A stretch of 64,000 nt of DNA from Bacteroidota bacterium (GCA_012729475.1 JAAYDB010000003.1:472-64471), one strand, 5' to 3'; numbered from the stretch's first letter, positions 43,875 to 54,218 are shown. The notes: generated from the sequence alone by a model not told the origin. Program-made: numbers and translations.

Positions 43875-44783
43875 TTACTTAATATTTAACAGTTTGCAAA
43901 TAATAGCCTGCCTGGTAAAAACACCATTGAGAGCTTGTTTAAAATAATAGGCTTTGGGATTGGAATCAACATCAGGACTGATTTCATTCACCCTGGGAAG
44001 GGGGTGGAGAATACGCATTGTTGGTTTAGTATTTTCCAGCATAGAATTTCTAAGAACATATATGTTCTTAACTTTTTCATAATCAATGGGGTCGGAGAAA
44101 CGCTCTTTCTGTACTCTGGTCATATAAATGATATCTGCTTTAGAAATAATATCATTAAAATCAGAATGTTCATAGTATTTCAGCCCCAGGTTATCAAGAT
44201 ACAGTTTGAATTCATCAGGCATCTTAAGTTCTTCAGGTGCAATGAAATTGAATACCGTATTCCATCTCGACATAGCCATCATAAGAGAGTGAACAGTTCT
44301 TCCGTATTTCAGATCACCAACCATGAAAATATTAAGATTATCCAGTGTCCCCTGGGTTTTGCGTATAGAATACAGATCAAGCATTGTCTGCGTAGGATGC
44401 TGGTTAGCTCCGTCTCCAGCATTAATTACCGGAACAGACGCCACCTCACTGGCATATCTTGCGCTTCCCTCGATAGGATGCCTCATGACTATCAGATCAC
44501 TGTAACTGCTTACCATTCTGATAGTATCATGAAGCGATTCGCCTTTTGTTACACTGGAAGAAGATGCATCGGTAAAACCGACAATTTTACCACCAAGTTT
44601 GTTAATGGCACTTTCAAAACTAAGTCTTGTACGTGTTGATGGTTCAAAAAAGAGAGTGGCTATTACCTTGCCCTCAAGAAGCTTCTGGACAGGCTCTTTT
44701 TCAAATTGTTCAGCCAGGTCCAGAGTCGATATAATTTCCTCTGTCGAGAAATCGTCTATTGACACTAAGCTTCTGTTATTCAT
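43875..44783 (-). CDS. pyrB: Aspartate carbamoyltransferase catalytic chain
   Basis: '[12 protein letters not shown]', 'HPTQ', 'TRVQKER' and 'HPLPR' motifs. Confidence 0.97.
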   Translation of the reverse strand: MNNRSLVSIDDFSTEEIISTLDLAEQFEKEPVQKLLEGKVIATLFFEPSTRTRLSFESAINKLGGKIVGFTDASSSSVTKGESLHDTIRMVSSYSDLIVMRHPIEGSARYASEVASVPVINAGDGANQHPTQTMLDLYSIRKTQGTLDNLNIFMVGDLKYGRTVHSLMMAMSRWNTVFNFIAPEELKMPDEFKLYLDNLGLKYYEHSDFNDIISKADIIYMTRVQKERFSDPIDYEKVKNIYVLRNSMLENTKPTMRILHPLPRVNEISPDVDSNPKAYYFKQALNGVFTRQAIICKLLNIK

Positions 44784-44940
44784 AGTATTGCTGGTTTACG
44801 GGTTGTTATTCATAATATAATCAAAATTACTTAACATAATCATTTCAGGAAGGACTTGTTAATAATTAATTAACAACTTTTATACTTAATGATGTAATTT
44901 TGTTCTGAAAATTCATAAGCATATTGTTTTATGCATTTTA

Positions 44941-45552
44941 TCATAAAGCCAGATGATTAATAGTGAGATCATCTATTCTGGATAAACGGGATAACAGATC
45001 TTCTTCCAGAGATAATCGTACCTGTATTACTATTTTACATGTCAGATCAAAAACATGTTCGCTTTGTTCTATATCATATTCCTTCAGGAGAGTCATAACA
45101 TTCTGCATTGCCGAATACGGATATATCAATTCATATCTTTCACTTAATACCCTCTCAATAAATGAAGCATTTTCAAGAGCTGATCGGGCTGCTGTTTTAT
45201 AGGCAACAGTCAATCCGCTGACACCAAGTAGCTTTCCTCCGAAATACCTCGTTACTGTGATCAGTATGTTAGTAAGTCCAAATGATTTTATTTGCCCCAG
45301 AATAGGTCGTCCTGCAGTGCCTGATGGTTCTCCGTCATCGTTAATCTTCCAGACATCTTCATCCTTCCCCAAAACATATGCATAACAATGATGTTTCGCA
45401 TCATGATGTTCTTTCTTAACTTCATCAATTATTCTTTTTGCTTCAGGTTCATCAGATACAGGTGATGCCAGTGCAATAAATTTGCTTCCTTTTTCCCTGT
45501 ACAAACCGTATGATATTTTTTTGATGGTCTTATATGTGTCCTGTGTATCCAT
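44941..45552 (-). CDS. YigZ/IMPACT family protein
   Basis: 'KGSKF', 'DDGEPSGTAG' and 'RYFGGKLLG' motifs. Confidence 0.9.
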   Translation of the reverse strand: MDTQDTYKTIKKISYGLYREKGSKFIALASPVSDEPEAKRIIDEVKKEHHDAKHHCYAYVLGKDEDVWKINDDGEPSGTAGRPILGQIKSFGLTNILITVTRYFGGKLLGVSGLTVAYKTAARSALENASFIERVLSERYELIYPYSAMQNVMTLLKEYDIEQSEHVFDLTCKIVIQVRLSLEEDLLSRLSRIDDLTINHLAL

Positions 45553-45655
45553 TTTAGTGTGGTAAAATAATAATATTTTATTCAATTTTTCTTAATTGGA
45601 TCTCTGTACTCACAGATTTAGATAAAAATGGCTAAATTTGTCGTTTATTGTTTTA

Positions 45656-46042
45656 ATGATGGGTGTATTATTAGATGAGAAAGATCTTCAGAAGCTGATT
45701 GTAATTGGTGACAGAATTCTGATAAAACCAAAAGTTCCACAGTCTAAGACAAAGAGCGGACTATATCTTCCTCCAGGGGTAAATGAAAACGAAAAAGTCC
45801 AGATAGGATATGTCCTTAAAGTAGGGCCGGGATATCCTATACCTGCTGTCAGTGATATTGATGAGCCATGGAAGAACAGCAGTGAAGAGCCAAAATATGT
45901 TCCTCTTCAGCCTAAGGAGGGTGATCAGGCTGTCTATCTTCAGAGCAGTGCTATTGAAATAGAATTCAATAAAGAAAAATATATTGTTGTTCCTCAGTCA
46001 GCTATCCTTCTGCTTTTACGTGACGATGGGCTGTTTGAATAA
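45656..46042 (+). CDS. GroES-family co-chaperone (no adjacent groEL)
   Basis: 'GDRILIKP', 'TKSGLYLP' and 'VGPG' motifs. Confidence 0.8.
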   Translation: MMGVLLDEKDLQKLIVIGDRILIKPKVPQSKTKSGLYLPPGVNENEKVQIGYVLKVGPGYPIPAVSDIDEPWKNSSEEPKYVPLQPKEGDQAVYLQSSAIEIEFNKEKYIVVPQSAILLLLRDDGLFE

Positions 46043-46044
46043 AC

Positions 46045-46443
46045 ATGAGCATTATGGAAAAAAAATCACTTGAAGGAATAAAGATTCTGATAGTTGAAGA
46101 TGATCCAGCAAGCAGATTATACCTCAATAAGATTCTGGAAAAAACAGGAGCTGTTCTGTTTAATGCTGGAGACGGAAGCGAAGCTGTATTAAGTGCTATG
46201 GATAACCCTGATATCTCATTGATATTGATGGATATCCAATTACCATTATTAAATGGTTATCTCGCAGCAACAAAAATAAAAGAATCTGGTCATACAGGTA
46301 AAATAATTGCACAAACCGCTTATAGTCTGGCTGATGATCTTGAGAAAATAAGATCATCAGATTTTGATGATTATATAATTAAACCAATTTATCCTGACCA
46401 GCTGATCAATAAATTATCAGAGATCCTGAAAAAAAATAGTTAA
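46045..46443 (+). CDS. Single-domain response regulator
   Basis: 'IVEDD', 'MDIQLP', 'AQTA' and 'KP' motifs. Confidence 0.9.
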   Translation: MSIMEKKSLEGIKILIVEDDPASRLYLNKILEKTGAVLFNAGDGSEAVLSAMDNPDISLILMDIQLPLLNGYLAATKIKESGHTGKIIAQTAYSLADDLEKIRSSDFDDYIIKPIYPDQLINKLSEILKKNS

Positions 46444-46462
46444 ACGGACTGGTTAATTTTTT

Positions 46463-47637
46463 CTATTCAGAATAAGCAGAAATTTCCCTGAAATCTTTAA
46501 TGAAATCTTCAATTTCATATTTCCATCTTTCTTTTTCTGAAGATAAAGAATTACCGGATTCCAGGATTTTTCTCATTCCATCATCACCTGAAAGTATGTC
46601 AAAGGGCATTAACCGGGTTTCATATTCATATGGAGGAAGTCTGAACTTAAGAGTTCCTTCTGGCGTTGTTTTGATAACGGCATTGAAAATCTCAAGGGCT
46701 GTAGCCACAGGGTAATAGTTATCCGGATCTGTTACATGTATTTGTATCCCATTACAGTACTCTCCATTATACTTATTGAATGTGGGTATAAAGCCGTGAA
46801 CACGAAACACGCAGCCACTTATTTTTCTTTTGTCGAGGAAGTCTTTTAATCTGTATGCATTAATAAATGGAGCTCCGGTCAGCTCAAAAGGGATAGTTGT
46901 ACCTCTGCCTTCTGAAATATTTAGTGCTTCTGCAAGTACTGTCCCGGGATATACCATGGAAGTGTCAATTGATGGCATATTGGGAGAAGGTAATACCCAT
47001 GGCAGGCCTGTCTCTGTAAATAATGAATCTCTGTGCCAGTCTTTCATCCAGACTATATTAAGATCAGCATTATTGTAATATCTTTCTTTGATCCACAGAG
47101 CCATTTCTCCAATTGTCATCCTGTGACACATTGGTATTGATGCCCCCCCACAAAGGTAAAATACTCCTTTTTAAGCACCGGACCATCATAGGGTAACCGT
47201 CCTATAGGATTCGGCCTGTCCAGTATCCAAATGGGAATACCCATTTCAGAACATGCTTCAATACATAACTTTGTTGTCCAGACATATGTATAGAGTCTTG
47301 CACCTACATCCTGCAGATCAATCACAAAAGCTTCTATGTTTTTTAGCATGTCCCTGTCGGGTTTGCGATTTTTACCATAAAGGCTGAAAACCGGAACATG
47401 TAGCCGGTCATCTTTGTGTCCTTCCCATTCTATCATGTTGTCCTGAGTTTGTCCGAACATGCCGTGCTGAGGACCAAAGATGGCAGAAAGATGTATATCC
47501 TTCATTTCTGATAGAATGTCTGTTATATGACAGAAATCTGATGCCACACTTGGAGCATGGCATAAAACACCTGTTTTTTTCCCTTTTAATTGACGGGGAA
47601 GTTTGTTTCTTATAATTTCAAGACCTGTCTTTACCAT
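46463..47637 (-). CDS. DUF1343/NamZ exo-beta-N-acetylmuramidase, split by a 1-nt frameshift in a G7 run (47143-47149)
   Basis: 'PQHG', 'DLQDVGARLYTY' and 'DRPNP' in the 5' ORF; 'MTIGE', 'PSPNMP' and 'EGRGT' in the 3' ORF. Confidence 0.85.
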
Positions 47638-47749
47638 ATTATGACATTATGATGTAAAGATATGTTATAACAACGGATTTGTTTTACCTGAATTAGGATT
47701 ACCGTATATGAATATTCTTTCATAAGTTTATAGCTTTAATTGCAAAAAA

Positions 47750-49507
47750 ATGGCTTGTGCTTATAAAAAACAATTCTTCCTTTTATGCTTTGTTCTGATT
47801 ATGCTTTTGTCCTGCAATGGAAGAGAGGACATAACAATAACTATACTTCAGACTACTGATTTACATGGGGCCATTCTGCCATATGATTACATTGAAAGGT
47901 GTAAGACTGATGTCTCTCTTGCCAATATTTCAGGTTATATTAAAAAAATCAGGAAACAAAGGGAGTCACTCATACTTCTCGACGGAGGAGATATTATTCA
48001 GGGACAACCTTTGGTTTATTACTATAATTTTATTGACACTGCTTCAAATCATATTGTATCGGAAGCAATGAACTGGCTGGAATATGACGCTGGAACAGCA
48101 GGCAATCATGATATTGAAGCAGGCCATCAGGTTTACGACCGGCTTTCTGAAGAATTTAATTTTCCCTGGCTGGGAGCAAATGCAGTCAATACATTAACCG
48201 GTGATCCATACTTCATTCCATATATAATGATCCGCAAAAATAATCTTAAAATAGCTGTACTTGGATTAATAACGCCGGCTATACCTTTATGGTTACCGGA
48301 AGAATTATATAAGGGAATAGAATTCAGAGATATGCTTGAAACAGCCAGACAATGGATGCCGGAAATACAGAAACAAGATCCTGATCTTATTATAGGTCTT
48401 TTCCATTCAGGCTGGGATAGTCGGGACTATAAGAAAAACAAACCTTTTAGTGAAAACGGTTCTGCATCCGTTGCTTATAATATTCCGGGCTTTGATATCA
48501 TTTTTACAGGTCATGATCATAATTATGCCAATGAACAATTTGTAAACAGGAAAGGTGATACTGTTTTAATACTTAATGCAGGTGACAGGGCAGAAAAGAT
48601 TGCCCGTGTTGATATTACTTTTTCATCAAGCCGTATCAACGGGAAACAAATAAAAAAAATAACAGGAAGTATTATTGATGTATCGGATTTCAAACCAGAC
48701 AGGGAATTCACCGGGAGATTCAGTCACCAGGACCATGCTGTAAAAGAGTATGTGGATAAGATAATAGGATATTCAGAAAACACAGTTTCAACACGTGACT
48801 CCTATTTTGGGTCTTCATCTTTTGTTGATATGATTCATACTGAGCAGCTTAAGCTGACAGGAGCCGATATTTCCTTTGCAGCACCTTTTTCTTTCGATGC
48901 CAGCATAGAAAAGGGAGCTGTTAGAGTGAGCGATATGTTTAAACTTTACAGGTATGAAAACCTCTTATATACAATAAGTATGAGTGGTGAGGAAATACGG
49001 AAATATCTTGAATTCTCATATTCCGGGTGGCTTAACACTATGGATGGGCCGGATGATTATCTGTTAAATTATCGCCTAAATAAATACGGGAAGCCTTTGC
49101 TTATTAACGGAAGGGCATGGCTGAAAAATCCTGTCTATGATTTTGATTCGGCGGCAGGTATTGAATATGTCGTTGATGTTAGCAAACCAAAAGGAAAAAG
49201 AGTCTTAATAAAATCGATGAGCGATGGACGACTGTTCAACACACAGACAGTATACAAGGTTGCAGTAAATTCGTTCAGAGGGACCGGGGGAGGAGGACAT
49301 CTTACCAGAGGTGCAGGAATAAAAGCTGAAGAAATACCTTCCAGATTGCTTTGTTCAACCCAAAGTGATTTGAGATATTTAATGATAAAATCAATTCAGG
49401 AGAAAGAAAATATATCTCCAGAACCATTAAATAACTGGAAAATTATTCCGGAAGACTGGGTAGAGATTGCTTCAAAGAAAGAATACAGACTTCTTTTTGG
49501 AGAATAA
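47750..49507 (+). CDS. Bifunctional metallophosphatase/5'-nucleotidase lipoprotein
   Basis: Lipobox 'LLSC'; 'TTDLHG', 'DGGD', 'GNHD' and 'GHDH' motifs. Confidence 0.9.
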   Translation: MACAYKKQFFLLCFVLIMLLSCNGREDITITILQTTDLHGAILPYDYIERCKTDVSLANISGYIKKIRKQRESLILLDGGDIIQGQPLVYYYNFIDTASNHIVSEAMNWLEYDAGTAGNHDIEAGHQVYDRLSEEFNFPWLGANAVNTLTGDPYFIPYIMIRKNNLKIAVLGLITPAIPLWLPEELYKGIEFRDMLETARQWMPEIQKQDPDLIIGLFHSGWDSRDYKKNKPFSENGSASVAYNIPGFDIIFTGHDHNYANEQFVNRKGDTVLILNAGDRAEKIARVDITFSSSRINGKQIKKITGSIIDVSDFKPDREFTGRFSHQDHAVKEYVDKIIGYSENTVSTRDSYFGSSSFVDMIHTEQLKLTGADISFAAPFSFDASIEKGAVRVSDMFKLYRYENLLYTISMSGEEIRKYLEFSYSGWLNTMDGPDDYLLNYRLNKYGKPLLINGRAWLKNPVYDFDSAAGIEYVVDVSKPKGKRVLIKSMSDGRLFNTQTVYKVAVNSFRGTGGGGHLTRGAGIKAEEIPSRLLCSTQSDLRYLMIKSIQEKENISPEPLNNWKIIPEDWVEIASKKEYRLLFGE

Positions 49508-49567
49508 AAGTATGTTGGACAGGGTAATTGGCAGATAATTTGTTGAATTTATTTTACATGTAACTAA

Positions 49568-50188
49568 ATGGTCAGTGAATTAAAAAATACAGAAAAACTC
49601 CCGCTGGTGGAAGAATTCTTCAGCATACAGGGCGAAGGTTTTTTTTCAGGGAAAGCGGCCTGGTTTATAAGGCTTGGTGGCTGTGACATCGGCTGTAGAT
49701 GGTGTGATTCGCGGTTTACATGGGACCCGGGATTATTTCCTGCAGTGGAAACCGACAGGATCATTGAACATGCAATTAAATCAGGATCAGATTCTGTTGT
49801 TATAACGGGAGGAGAGCCTCTTTTATGGAATCTCGATCATTTATGTTCAGAACTCAGAAAAAACAAGATCAGAACTTTTCTTGAAACATCAGGAGCCCAT
49901 CCAATGAGCGGTATGTGGGACTGGATATGTTTGTCTCCAAAACAAAATATGCCTCCATTGGCTGAAAATTACCCTTTAGCCAATGAACTAAAAGTTATTA
50001 TTCAAAGTAAAACTGATTTCATTTGGGCAGAGAATAGCAGAAAACTGGCAGGGAAGAAGTGTAAACTCTATCTGCAACCTGAATGGAGGCAATTCGAACA
50101 AATTATTCCTGAAATCGTAGAATATGTAAAACAAAATAATATGTGGAGTATTTCTCTTCAGATTCACAAGTACATGCATATACCATAG
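49568..50188 (+). CDS. queE: 7-carboxy-7-deazaguanine synthase (radical SAM)
   Basis: 'SIQGEG', CxxxCxxC 'CDIGCRWCD', 'TGGEP' and 'LQIHK' motifs. Confidence 0.9.
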   Translation: MVSELKNTEKLPLVEEFFSIQGEGFFSGKAAWFIRLGGCDIGCRWCDSRFTWDPGLFPAVETDRIIEHAIKSGSDSVVITGGEPLLWNLDHLCSELRKNKIRTFLETSGAHPMSGMWDWICLSPKQNMPPLAENYPLANELKVIIQSKTDFIWAENSRKLAGKKCKLYLQPEWRQFEQIIPEIVEYVKQNNMWSISLQIHKYMHIP

Positions 50189-50192
50189 GCAA

Positions 50193-52136
50193 ATGATGCA
50201 AACGAAATACATATTTACTATCTTCATTTTCTCCTGTGTTCTATTATCAAAAATTGTATCACAGGACTTACATTCAAGGTCAAACAAAGCTTTAAAGGCA
50301 TATAATGATGGCTTGAGATCATACGAGTATGTGGATTATGAAAACGCGGAGATTTATTTTAAACTGGCTTTGTCGTATGATGAAAATTTTCTTGAATCGT
50401 ATATGATGCTTGGAGAATTATACAGCAGGCAGAATAAGTATGCTCCTGCTGTCGAAAATTATAAAACTGCTTTTAATATCGATTCTTCTTTTTACAGGCC
50501 TGCTTATTTTAATCTTGCCAATGCTGAGATGATGATAGAAGATTATTCCGGAGCACTCCTTCATTACAAAGCCTATCTCCGAAGTGATAAGACTTCTGAA
50601 AAAAACAGACTTCTTGCGATAAAGAACATAAAAAACTGTGAGTTTGCCATACAAGCTATACTGGAACCTGTTTCTTTCAATCCGGTAAGTGTTGGCAATA
50701 ATATTAATACAAAAAGTGATGAATACTGGCCTTCTATTACAGCCGACGGAAAGACTCTTATGTTTACAAGACAGGAGCTTATTGGGCATTATTCATTACC
50801 ATTCAGGACGGCACAGGAAGATTTTTATATCAGTTACAGGTCAGATGATGGGTGGACGCAGGCTGTAAATGCCGGAGCTCCTCTCAATACCAGTCAGAAT
50901 GAAGGAGCTCAAACCTTATCTTCCAGCGGTAATTACATGTTTTTTACAGCTTGTGACCGGCAAGGAGGATTTGGAAGCTGTGACATCTATTTCTCAGCTT
51001 ACAGGAATGGTAAATGGACAATACCGTACAATCTGGGGCCACCGATAAATACAAGCGCATGGGAATCAACACCTTCAGTGAGTGCTGATGGCTCTATGCT
51101 TTTCTTTTCCAGCAACAGACCCGGAGGCCTGGGAGGAAAAGATTTGTGGTATACTGTTTTGAATGAAAAAGGGATATGGTCAGAACCGGTTAATCTTGGT
51201 GAAATTATTAACACAGAGGGAGATGAAATGTCTCCGTTCATTCATTTCGATGGAAAAACACTCTATTTTGCGTCAGATGGCAGACCTGGTATGGGGGGCT
51301 TTGATATATGGATGAGCAGAATGAAGGATGATAGTACCTGGACTGAACCCCGGAATCTGGGATATCCCATCAATACAGCCAGTGATGATATGGGCCTGGT
51401 AATAGAGGCAAGCGGGCAAAATGCTTATTTTTCGTCAAAGCGTGACAATGAGAACAGGAAAGATATATTTTTCTTCAAACTTGATGAATCAGTAAGACCA
51501 AATGCTGTGGCCTATCTTAGCGGCACTGTAATTGATAAGGAAACAGGCAGATCCCTTATGGCTGAATATGAGTTGATCAATCTGTCTACAAATCGTGTGA
51601 CAATGAGAAATACGACAGATGAAAATGGCAATTTTCTGATATGTCTGCCCTCAGGATTTAATTACGGAATCAATATTTCAAACCCTGGTTATCTTTTTTA
51701 TTCTGAGAATTTTATGTTTGAAGGAGAACATTCGGTGATGGAGCCACTCATAAAGAAAATTTATCTTAATCCGCTTAAAGTTGGTGAGAAGATGCTTCTT
51801 TCAAATGTTTTTTATGAGATTGATTCATGGGAACTGAAAAAAGAATCTGTAGCTGAATTAAATAACCTTGTGGAATTACTTGCTTCAAATAAAGGCCTTA
51901 TTGTGGAAATAGGTGGACATACTGATTCAACCGGAACCGATGAACATAATCTGATATTATCAGAGAGAAGAGCATTGTCTGTGGTCGATTATCTCGTTAA
52001 TAACAAGATATCAGTGACAAGACTTACATATAAAGGCTATGGCAACACTTCTCCCATTGGTGACAATGTTACTTATGAAGGAAGAAGGATGAACAGGAGG
52101 ACTGAAGTTAAAATCACAGGAACGAATAAAGAATAA
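50193..52136 (+). CDS. OmpA family protein with TPR, PD40 and OmpA-C domains (PorE-like architecture)
   Basis: N-terminal TPR; repeated 'NLGxxINT' PD40 units; 'GHTDSTG...LSERRA...NRRTE'. Confidence 0.88.
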   Translation: MMQTKYIFTIFIFSCVLLSKIVSQDLHSRSNKALKAYNDGLRSYEYVDYENAEIYFKLALSYDENFLESYMMLGELYSRQNKYAPAVENYKTAFNIDSSFYRPAYFNLANAEMMIEDYSGALLHYKAYLRSDKTSEKNRLLAIKNIKNCEFAIQAILEPVSFNPVSVGNNINTKSDEYWPSITADGKTLMFTRQELIGHYSLPFRTAQEDFYISYRSDDGWTQAVNAGAPLNTSQNEGAQTLSSSGNYMFFTACDRQGGFGSCDIYFSAYRNGKWTIPYNLGPPINTSAWESTPSVSADGSMLFFSSNRPGGLGGKDLWYTVLNEKGIWSEPVNLGEIINTEGDEMSPFIHFDGKTLYFASDGRPGMGGFDIWMSRMKDDSTWTEPRNLGYPINTASDDMGLVIEASGQNAYFSSKRDNENRKDIFFFKLDESVRPNAVAYLSGTVIDKETGRSLMAEYELINLSTNRVTMRNTTDENGNFLICLPSGFNYGINISNPGYLFYSENFMFEGEHSVMEPLIKKIYLNPLKVGEKMLLSNVFYEIDSWELKKESVAELNNLVELLASNKGLIVEIGGHTDSTGTDEHNLILSERRALSVVDYLVNNKISVTRLTYKGYGNTSPIGDNVTYEGRRMNRRTEVKITGTNKE

Positions 52137-52164
52137 ATGGCCGTATACTGGTGATACGGCCATT
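52136..52164. terminator. Hairpin terminator between convergent genes
   Basis: AATGGCCGTAT-actggtg-ATACGGCCATT, 11-bp stem; T-rich tail on the minus strand. Confidence 0.7.
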
Positions 52165-52218
52165 CCGGTCTCATGCTAGAGGGTGAGACAGACATTGATA
52201 TTGCATGGAAAAAACTTA

Positions 52219-53043
52219 TCAGATAGCGATCGTGGAATTAAAATATTTATTTATAGATAAATCTGAACTATCTGCAACTTTCACAGGAATGGAAAAATAA
52301 ATCCCTGAACTGGTTAGTCCGTTGCATTCAATCCGGATAGATCCGTTAAGAACACTTATCAGTTTTCTGGCCAATATAATGTTAATGGCTGTAACTGTAT
52401 CATTATACTTCCCGAGTGATTGGTTAACATCCTCAGTATGAAGAAATTCCTTGCATTTAAAATATCCCTGACCGGAGTCCAGAACATAAAAAGTCATCTG
52501 GTTATCCCTGAAATAGTAACCAATTTTTATGTACCCCGATTTAGTATTATTCAATGCACTCTGAAAAAGACTACGAATAACCCTGAATACCCTGGCGGAA
52601 TCAATAATGATATCGACAGCTTCGCAAAAACTTGTTTCAGACACCAATTCGACATTTTTGTTGACTTCTTTCTTTAATATTTCCCTGAATTCAGAAAGAA
52701 GCTCATCAAGAAATTTATTGAGTTTGCAAATTTTGTAATTGGGTTTTGATTTCACTGTATCAATAATTGCTGAATCGCAAAAGTTATCAAATAGACCAAT
52801 TAATTGTTCACAGGAAGCCAGTATCTGGTTGGTGAATTCTTTTCGTTCTGTTTCATCACATCCATCCTGATTCATGAGAAATGAGAAAGCCACTATTGCA
52901 TTCATGTGTGTCCTCAATTCATGTGACATTCCTGCTAAAACTGTAGGACAATTGACCATAGTATTACCAAAATTATTATCCTGATCATTTACAGTATGAT
53001 CAACAGCATTCTTATCCACACTATTTTCAGGATACTTTTCCAT
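52219..53043 (-). CDS. Sensor-less histidine-kinase-like protein (HisKA plus degenerate HATPase)
   Basis: H-box 'MSHELRTHMNAI'; G1 'DSGQG'; N and G2 boxes degenerate. Confidence 0.75.
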   Translation of the reverse strand: MEKYPENSVDKNAVDHTVNDQDNNFGNTMVNCPTVLAGMSHELRTHMNAIVAFSFLMNQDGCDETERKEFTNQILASCEQLIGLFDNFCDSAIIDTVKSKPNYKICKLNKFLDELLSEFREILKKEVNKNVELVSETSFCEAVDIIIDSARVFRVIRSLFQSALNNTKSGYIKIGYYFRDNQMTFYVLDSGQGYFKCKEFLHTEDVNQSLGKYNDTVTAINIILARKLISVLNGSIRIECNGLTSSGIYFSIPVKVADSSDLSINKYFNSTIAI

Positions 53044-53091
53044 CTGCCGGGAAATAGATTTGGTACTAAAACACTAAATCGACTATATTAA

Positions 53092-53853
53092 TTATTTGAT
53101 CTTTCTCAGGATTTTTCTGGCTTCGTTGCGATAAAGACTGCCGGAATTCTTTATGGTTTTAAGTTGATTAACAGCTTTCTCTTTTTCGTCTGTTTTGATG
53201 TAACAAAGAGCAAGATACCATTGAGCATCTTCTATGAAAAAGTTATCATTATCGTCTATCACCTCTGTAAAGGACCTCTGAGCTATAGGATAATTTTTCT
53301 GTTCAAAATTTGATACTCCATAGAGCATTCTTGATTCCATATAATGAGGATCGCTTGAGATAACTTTGCTAAAATAAACTGCAGCATTCCTGTAATCACT
53401 TACATTATAGTAATCGACAGCAGTTATGTAATCTGAATTTACATTTGTGACATCATCAAACGACCTGGACGGGGTGTTCGTCTGTATTTGGTATGTCGTA
53501 TAATAATCATTGAATAATTCATCAGATTGCACATTTCTGCCTTTGAATAGAACAAGGCTTCCGATAAGCATGAATCCTGCAATTACAGCAGCATACCTGA
53601 AAAAATGATTTTTCCCGGTATGTTTTTTCTGCGAAAATGTTGCGGCTTTTTTCTTTTCTATTTCTGAAAGTTTATTCCGCAACTGAAGTACATCACGGTT
53701 CCTGAGAACCATATCGGTATTTCTCCGGAGAGCTACTTCTTCCTGAAGCATCCTGTTGCCACTGAGTTCTTTCTCGAACCAGATCCTTTCAGCTTCATTC
53801 ATATCTCCGGCATTATACCTTTCAATGTAATAAGAAAAGTCAATTGTCTTCAT
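53092..53853 (-). CDS. Single-pass membrane TPR protein, probable anti-sigma factor
   Basis: N-terminal 'IERYNAGDMNEAERIWFEKEL' anti-sigma-like helices; TM 'YAAVIAGFMLIGSLVLF'; C-terminal TPRs ('AQWYLALCYIK'). Confidence 0.7.
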   Translation of the reverse strand: MKTIDFSYYIERYNAGDMNEAERIWFEKELSGNRMLQEEVALRRNTDMVLRNRDVLQLRNKLSEIEKKKAATFSQKKHTGKNHFFRYAAVIAGFMLIGSLVLFKGRNVQSDELFNDYYTTYQIQTNTPSRSFDDVTNVNSDYITAVDYYNVSDYRNAAVYFSKVISSDPHYMESRMLYGVSNFEQKNYPIAQRSFTEVIDDNDNFFIEDAQWYLALCYIKTDEKEKAVNQLKTIKNSGSLYRNEARKILRKIK

Positions 53854-54056
53854 AGTCCTTTATATATTATTATTTTAAGTATTCCATATCTAAGCAGCTA
53901 TAAATTAATTATATAGCTATAATTTATTTTGCAGTATAATATTATTATACGTATTTTTTTTCAGACTGTTTACGGTCTGTGAACTCAGAACTGCAAATAA
54001 ACCGGAAGTATCAGAAAATTATGCCTGTCAGAAAAGACAGATACTTTTTATTGGTG

Positions 54057-54218
54057 TCAGATTTTGATAGGTGGGTTACACGGTTTGACAATGGGCTCAG
54101 GAAGAAGTTCATCATGTTCGCCAGATCCTCCACGAACATTAATCATTTCTTTTGTTGAAAGAGCAAATTCAGTAAACATGTTTCTTGTCTTGTCGAAATT
54201 CAGGGTTCTTGTTTTCAT
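54057..54218 (-). CDS. Double-glycine-leader precursor peptide, 53 aa: MKTRTLNFDKTRNMFTEFALSTKEMINVRGG|SGEHDELLPEPIVKPCNPPIKI
   Basis: Translated by hand: ATG at 54218-54216, TGA at 54059-54057; 'LSxxEMxxVxGG' leader; A-rich 5' context; C39 exporter 4 kb away. Confidence 0.85.
   Translation of the reverse strand: MKTRTLNFDKTRNMFTEFALSTKEMINVRGGSGEHDELLPEPIVKPCNPPIKI

Noticed and set aside
43935-44639. 234-aa plus-strand ORF
   Set aside because: Antisense shadow of pyrB.
49568-50188. Radical SAM gene as a possible maturase for the GG peptide
   Set aside because: Short QueE-type protein with no SPASM or RRE domain; it belongs to a separate operon that ends at the 52136 hairpin.
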